From assembly GCF_018336915.1 (NCBI RefSeq), contig NZ_CP064923.1, forward strand, positions 1,020,001 through 1,052,000: a stretch of DNA of 32,000 nt, in the 5' to 3' direction. The notes under the pieces were generated by a model that was not told the origin of the DNA, did not search any database, and saw nothing but the letters and a program-made list of their open reading frames with translations. The position numbers and the translations under genes are program-made. This DNA comes from Acaryochloris marina S15 (lineage in GTDB: Bacteria > Cyanobacteriota > Cyanobacteriia > Thermosynechococcales > Thermosynechococcaceae). Numbering within the stretch: position 1 is the first letter of the stretch; every line of letters starts with the position of its first letter. Positions 28,452 through 32,000 of the stretch are shown here, in pieces.

Positions 28452-29009
28452 TCAGGAAGAGAGAAGGGCAGGAGACCAAATATCTTTGTAGTAGCTTTCT
28501 AAGCAGTGCTTCATAATGCCGTTATGGTTAAACGCCAACTGCATATTGATGGCCTCTTCCAATTCATACCACCGGGTTTCAGCCACCTCATCGACGGCAA
28601 CTTGAGGTTGTAACGACGGCAGTTGAGTCGTATTTTCCAAGAAAAACATCATCGGAAACCGCAGGGACACATTTTGCAGCCGTAACGGTCGAGACCCCAC
28701 ATAATAGGGCTGATCTAAAGCTCCCTGAAACGGATACTGGCTCTGAAGATGGGGAATATTAAGTCCCAGTTCTTCCCATATTTCTCGAACAATCGCTTCT
28801 CCAGCAGTTTCATCATAGTCAAGATAACCACCCGGCAGTCCCCATTTCCCCGGCTCTGTCGGCATTTGGTCCCCTCTTAATCCCAAAGGGATATACGCCG
28901 TCTCTCCAATCACAAAAAAGATAACGCCTAACACCGTCACATCTCGACTAATCCAACAGGTCTTACCTGAAACTTCAATACAACGATTGGGGCGATTGTT
29001 GAATTTCAC
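28452..29009 (-). CDS. Nudix hydrolase
   Basis: Nudix box GLPGGYLDYDETAGEAIVREIWEELGL. The start is a GTG at 29009. Confidence 0.85.
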   Translation of the reverse strand: MKFNNRPNRCIEVSGKTCWISRDVTVLGVIFFVIGETAYIPLGLRGDQMPTEPGKWGLPGGYLDYDETAGEAIVREIWEELGLNIPHLQSQYPFQGALDQPYYVGSRPLRLQNVSLRFPMMFFLENTTQLPSLQPQVAVDEVAETRWYELEEAINMQLAFNHNGIMKHCLESYYKDIWSPALLSS

Positions 29010-29275
29010 AGCACTGGGTTCACGAATAGAATGGAAAACGTGGCTTTTCCCGGCGCAGAACGCTGAGGCTCAGCCATCTAAGGAGAAGTGATAAACCTCT
29101 CACTTTCGAACACATTATGGATCACTCTGTCTAATTCATCCATTTTTCTATGGTTTTCCTTCCGCATTCCTCCTCTGAAGACAAGATGCCATCCTGGCTG
29201 CCCCAAAATTCCCAACTTGAGGTGCACAGCAGTACAATCGACCCATTCATCAGCTATCGAGCAAGGGGCGGACTT

Positions 29276-30226
29276 ATGAAACCATATCGACCTAGCAACA
29301 AAGTGCCAGGGACAGGATGGATATGGTTACTGACTTTATCCATCCTGGGTGGCGCAGTCGTAGGCGGTGGGATCGCATTGATCGCTCGTTGGATTTATTT
29401 GTTGTTGATCTTCCCAGCCCTGATGGGGTTTACCAGTGGCAGTGCCACGACTGTCGCCATTAAGAAAGGCAAAGTTCGCAGTCCCCTAGTCGGTCTCTTC
29501 TTCGGGGTCCTGACCGGCTTAATCACCTATGGGGCCTATCACGGGGGTGAATATTTCTTGACTCGACAGTCCTTTGCTAAAGAGATTGAGGCTGAGCTGG
29601 GTCAAGATCTTGACTCAGCGGATATGAACGCTCTGATGGACACTTTTTTTCAGGAAGAAACCGGATCATCTGGCTTTGTGGGGTATCTCAAATTTTCAGC
29701 CAAACAGGGTCTCAGCATCGGTCGTGCAGGTAGCAGTAGTGATGGCATTCCTCTGAATGAAACATTTACCTGGATCTATTGGCTGATTGAGTTAGCGATT
29801 ATTGAAGCCATTAGTGTGATCATGGCAAAGTCTGCCGCTAAAGATCCTTTTTGCGAAACCTGCGATCAGTGGTACGGCCAGGGCCAAAGGATGGGCACGG
29901 TTGCAGATGAACAGTCCGAGGTTTTCCTCAAAGTTTTAGAGGCCGATCAGATCGTCCAAGCTGCAACTCATATTCAACCTAGAGCAGCAACCATTCCCTA
30001 TTTAGAAGTGGATCAACGCCAATGTCCTGGGTGCCACCAGGGAGAAGTTGTACTTGAGGTGCAACGGTATTCTGAAAATAAAAAAGGGGAAGGTAAACAA
30101 TCTCCGGTCTTGCTCGGGATGTTATCCCATCGGCAAACCAGACAGTTGACAGAAGCGATCTCCACCTCACAAAAGTCTGATCCCACAATCGATACGAACG
30201 AACCGGATGCTAGTCAAGAGGGCTAG
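29276..30226 (+). CDS. Hypothetical 4-TM membrane protein with a C-terminal CxxC...CxxC domain
   Basis: The track ORF starts at 29150. I prefer the ATG at 29276 (MKPYRPSNKVPGTGWIWLLTLSILGGAVVGGGIALIA...). After the hydrophobic helices come FCETCDQW and QCPGCHQGE, a zinc-ribbon-like spacing. Confidence 0.6.
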   Translation: MKPYRPSNKVPGTGWIWLLTLSILGGAVVGGGIALIARWIYLLLIFPALMGFTSGSATTVAIKKGKVRSPLVGLFFGVLTGLITYGAYHGGEYFLTRQSFAKEIEAELGQDLDSADMNALMDTFFQEETGSSGFVGYLKFSAKQGLSIGRAGSSSDGIPLNETFTWIYWLIELAIIEAISVIMAKSAAKDPFCETCDQWYGQGQRMGTVADEQSEVFLKVLEADQIVQAATHIQPRAATIPYLEVDQRQCPGCHQGEVVLEVQRYSENKKGEGKQSPVLLGMLSHRQTRQLTEAISTSQKSDPTIDTNEPDASQEG

Positions 30227-30252
30227 ATGTTAATCCAGACAACGGGGAAGTA

Positions 30253-31554
30253 ATGGAATATTCCTTAGGAGTTGACTTTGGCACATCAGGGACCCGAGCA
30301 ATTGTCATTGATCAACAGAACCAAGTCCTGGCAGAAGCTAGTTGTACGTTTCCGGGGCTATCCCCAAAGGAGCGTATAGACTGCTGGCAACATGCCCTAT
30401 GGGAATTAATCGGTGAGATCCCGGCAGACGTGCGATCGCATCTACAAGCCATCGCCATTAACGGTACTTCCTCCACCATTTTGCTCTGCGATGAGAACGG
30501 CATTCCTCTCTATCCACCGCAGATGTATAACGACACCTGCGATCCAGCTAGTTTAGAACTGCTCACCAGCTTGGCTCCTGCGGGTCATCCTGTACTCAGT
30601 GCTAGTTCTAGCTTGGCAAAACTGCTGGGTATGAGCCGCACCGTGGATATGACCTCAGTTCGCTATCTGATGCATCAGGCTGATTGGTTAGCCTTCTTAT
30701 TGCATGGCCGCCCAGGACTCAGTGATGATCACAATAGTTTGAAACTAGGATACGATCCTGCGATGACCGTTGCTTGCTGTCCGCAGGACATAGGCCGCAT
30801 CGCAGCGTATCCCGACTGGTTCCACCAGCCACCCCTCAGCCAGCTTCTGCCTTTGCTGCCTCAAGTCATCAGACCCGGCGCACCCATTGGCCCCATTCAA
30901 CCTCGCCTTGCCCGTCAGTTTGGCATCCCCTCGGAGTGTCAAATTTGTGCAGGCACCACAGATAGCGTTGCCGCCTTTATTGCCAGCGGAGCGACTCAAC
31001 CAGGGATGGCCGTCACGTCCCTTGGCTCTACCCTTGTCCTCAAGCTATTGAGTCCTACCCGGATCGATCTGGCCAACTACGGCATCTATAGTCATCGCCT
31101 CGGAGATTACTGGCTTGTAGGCGGTGCATCCAATACGGGTGGAGCTGTACTTCAATCTTTTTTCTCCACCCCAGAACTCATTGAACTCAGCCAGCACATT
31201 GACCCCAGCCAGCCTAGTCCCTTGAACTACTACCCACTGCTTAAGCCTGGAGAACGATTTCCCATTAATGATCCCCTTCTGGAGCCACAGCTCACCCCTC
31301 GCCCAGAGGATCCTGTGGAGTTTTTGCAGGGTCTACTAGACAGCATGGCTCGCATCGAAGCCCAGGGATATCATCTATTAGAAACTCATGGCGCGTCTCC
31401 CTTGAAGGCAGTTTATACTGCTGGCGGGGGTGCCCAAAACACGGTCTGGCAAACTATTCGTCAACGCCATCTTCAGGTCCCTTGTTATGCCGCTCAGCAT
31501 CAACAAGCCGCCTATGGCACTGCCCTGCTTGCTGCCCATGGATCGCCCCTATGA
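30253..31554 (+). CDS. FGGY-family carbohydrate kinase (cyanobacterial/plant putative sugar kinase type)
   Basis: N-terminal LGVDFGTSGTRAIVID, plus GGASNTGGAVL and the C-terminal YTAGGGAQNTVW. Length is 433 aa. Confidence 0.88.
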   Translation: MEYSLGVDFGTSGTRAIVIDQQNQVLAEASCTFPGLSPKERIDCWQHALWELIGEIPADVRSHLQAIAINGTSSTILLCDENGIPLYPPQMYNDTCDPASLELLTSLAPAGHPVLSASSSLAKLLGMSRTVDMTSVRYLMHQADWLAFLLHGRPGLSDDHNSLKLGYDPAMTVACCPQDIGRIAAYPDWFHQPPLSQLLPLLPQVIRPGAPIGPIQPRLARQFGIPSECQICAGTTDSVAAFIASGATQPGMAVTSLGSTLVLKLLSPTRIDLANYGIYSHRLGDYWLVGGASNTGGAVLQSFFSTPELIELSQHIDPSQPSPLNYYPLLKPGERFPINDPLLEPQLTPRPEDPVEFLQGLLDSMARIEAQGYHLLETHGASPLKAVYTAGGGAQNTVWQTIRQRHLQVPCYAAQHQQAAYGTALLAAHGSPL

Positions 31555-32000
31555 TTTCCCCTTTGCCCACCCTGGATTATCAATCGGCTGATGCACCACA
31601 ACAGTTTGCCCAGTCTCTCCAACAATCTGGGTTTGCCGTTCTTCGCCACAGTCCGATTACTGATTCCTTAGTAGAGCGCATATATCAAGACTGGCAGACT
31701 TTTTTCAATCGTGAAGAGAAAGCTCAATATACCTTTGACCCGAAAATTCAATCGGGCTACTTTCCATTTCAGACGGAGCAAGCCAAGGGCCATACCACCC
31801 CAGACCTGAAAGAGTTCTTTCATATCTATGAAAGCCATCCTCTCCCCCAGGGCATGAGTGATGCCACTTGGGACTTATTTAACCAACTCCGGCACTTGGC
31901 AACAGAGCTACTGGAGTGGGTAGAAATCCAGGCTCCACCCAACATTCGCTCTGGCTTTACAGAACCCTTAAGTGCCATGATCACTGAGAGTAAGGAAATA
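31551..32000 (+). CDS. 2OG-Fe(II) oxygenase family protein (N-terminal part; 3' end beyond the window)
   Basis: I translated it myself; it is not in the track because it runs off the edge. The sequence is MISPLPTLDYQSADAPQQFAQSLQQSGFAVLRHSPITDSLVERIYQDWQTFFNREEKAQYTF...SGYFPF...PDLKEFFHI, the DIOX_N-type pattern. All 150 codons are open. Its ATG at 31551 overlaps the kinase TGA (31552-31554). Confidence 0.75.
   Translation, partial: MISPLPTLDYQSADAPQQFAQSLQQSGFAVLRHSPITDSLVERIYQDWQTFFNREEKAQYTFDPKIQSGYFPFQTEQAKGHTTPDLKEFFHIYESHPLPQGMSDATWDLFNQLRHLATELLEWVEIQAPPNIRSGFTEPLSAMITESKEI

Noticed and set aside
29150-29275. The upstream 42 codons of the 29150-30226 track ORF, and the overlapping ORF 29088-29279.
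   Set aside because: These sequences (MVFLPHSSSEDKMPSWLPQNSQLEVHSS...) are not hydrophobic or signal-like. The ATG at 29276 directly precedes the first TM helix. The start remains uncertain without experimental data.

Overview
This window looks cyanobacterial and chromosomal. The HIP1 octamer GCGATCGC occurs at least 14 times, and the housekeeping genes miaA, gyrB, leuC, purU, tag, a SUI1/YciH-family gene and tRNA-Val(GAC) are present. All calls come from reading the sequence and the supplied ORF translations by eye. No database search was run, so family names are motif-level recognitions.

The left ~11 kb looks accessory. It holds:
- an edge-truncated AAA-like NTPase/TM/WD40 protein (1-2431, minus strand);
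- a pentapeptide-repeat protein and an HXXEE membrane protein;
- a translationally coupled small-protein/retropepsin-like protease pair;
- a ~32% GC orphan gene downstream of an HTH+AAA-like NTPase;
- a three-gene, ATGA-coupled cassette of a VIT-vWA protein with a PEP-CTERM tail, an exosortase and a small partner.

The middle of the window is mostly housekeeping.

The right part holds an HlyD-like gene plus a GT2/PilZ cellulose-synthase-like gene, sitting behind an 818-bp non-coding tract whose core is ~21% GC. A Nudix hydrolase, a 4-TM CxxC protein, an FGGY sugar kinase and an ATGA-coupled 2OG-Fe(II) oxygenase (edge-truncated) follow.

I saw no CRISPR array, transposase, integrase or rRNA.

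The most promising leads for something uncharacterised are the single-substrate exosortase cassette with its divergent AAA-like NTPase neighbour, the HTH-NTPase plus AT-rich orphan pair, the coupled protease pair, and the miaA/DprA-Rossmann-only pair. All functional links are inferences that need comparative genomics and experiments.
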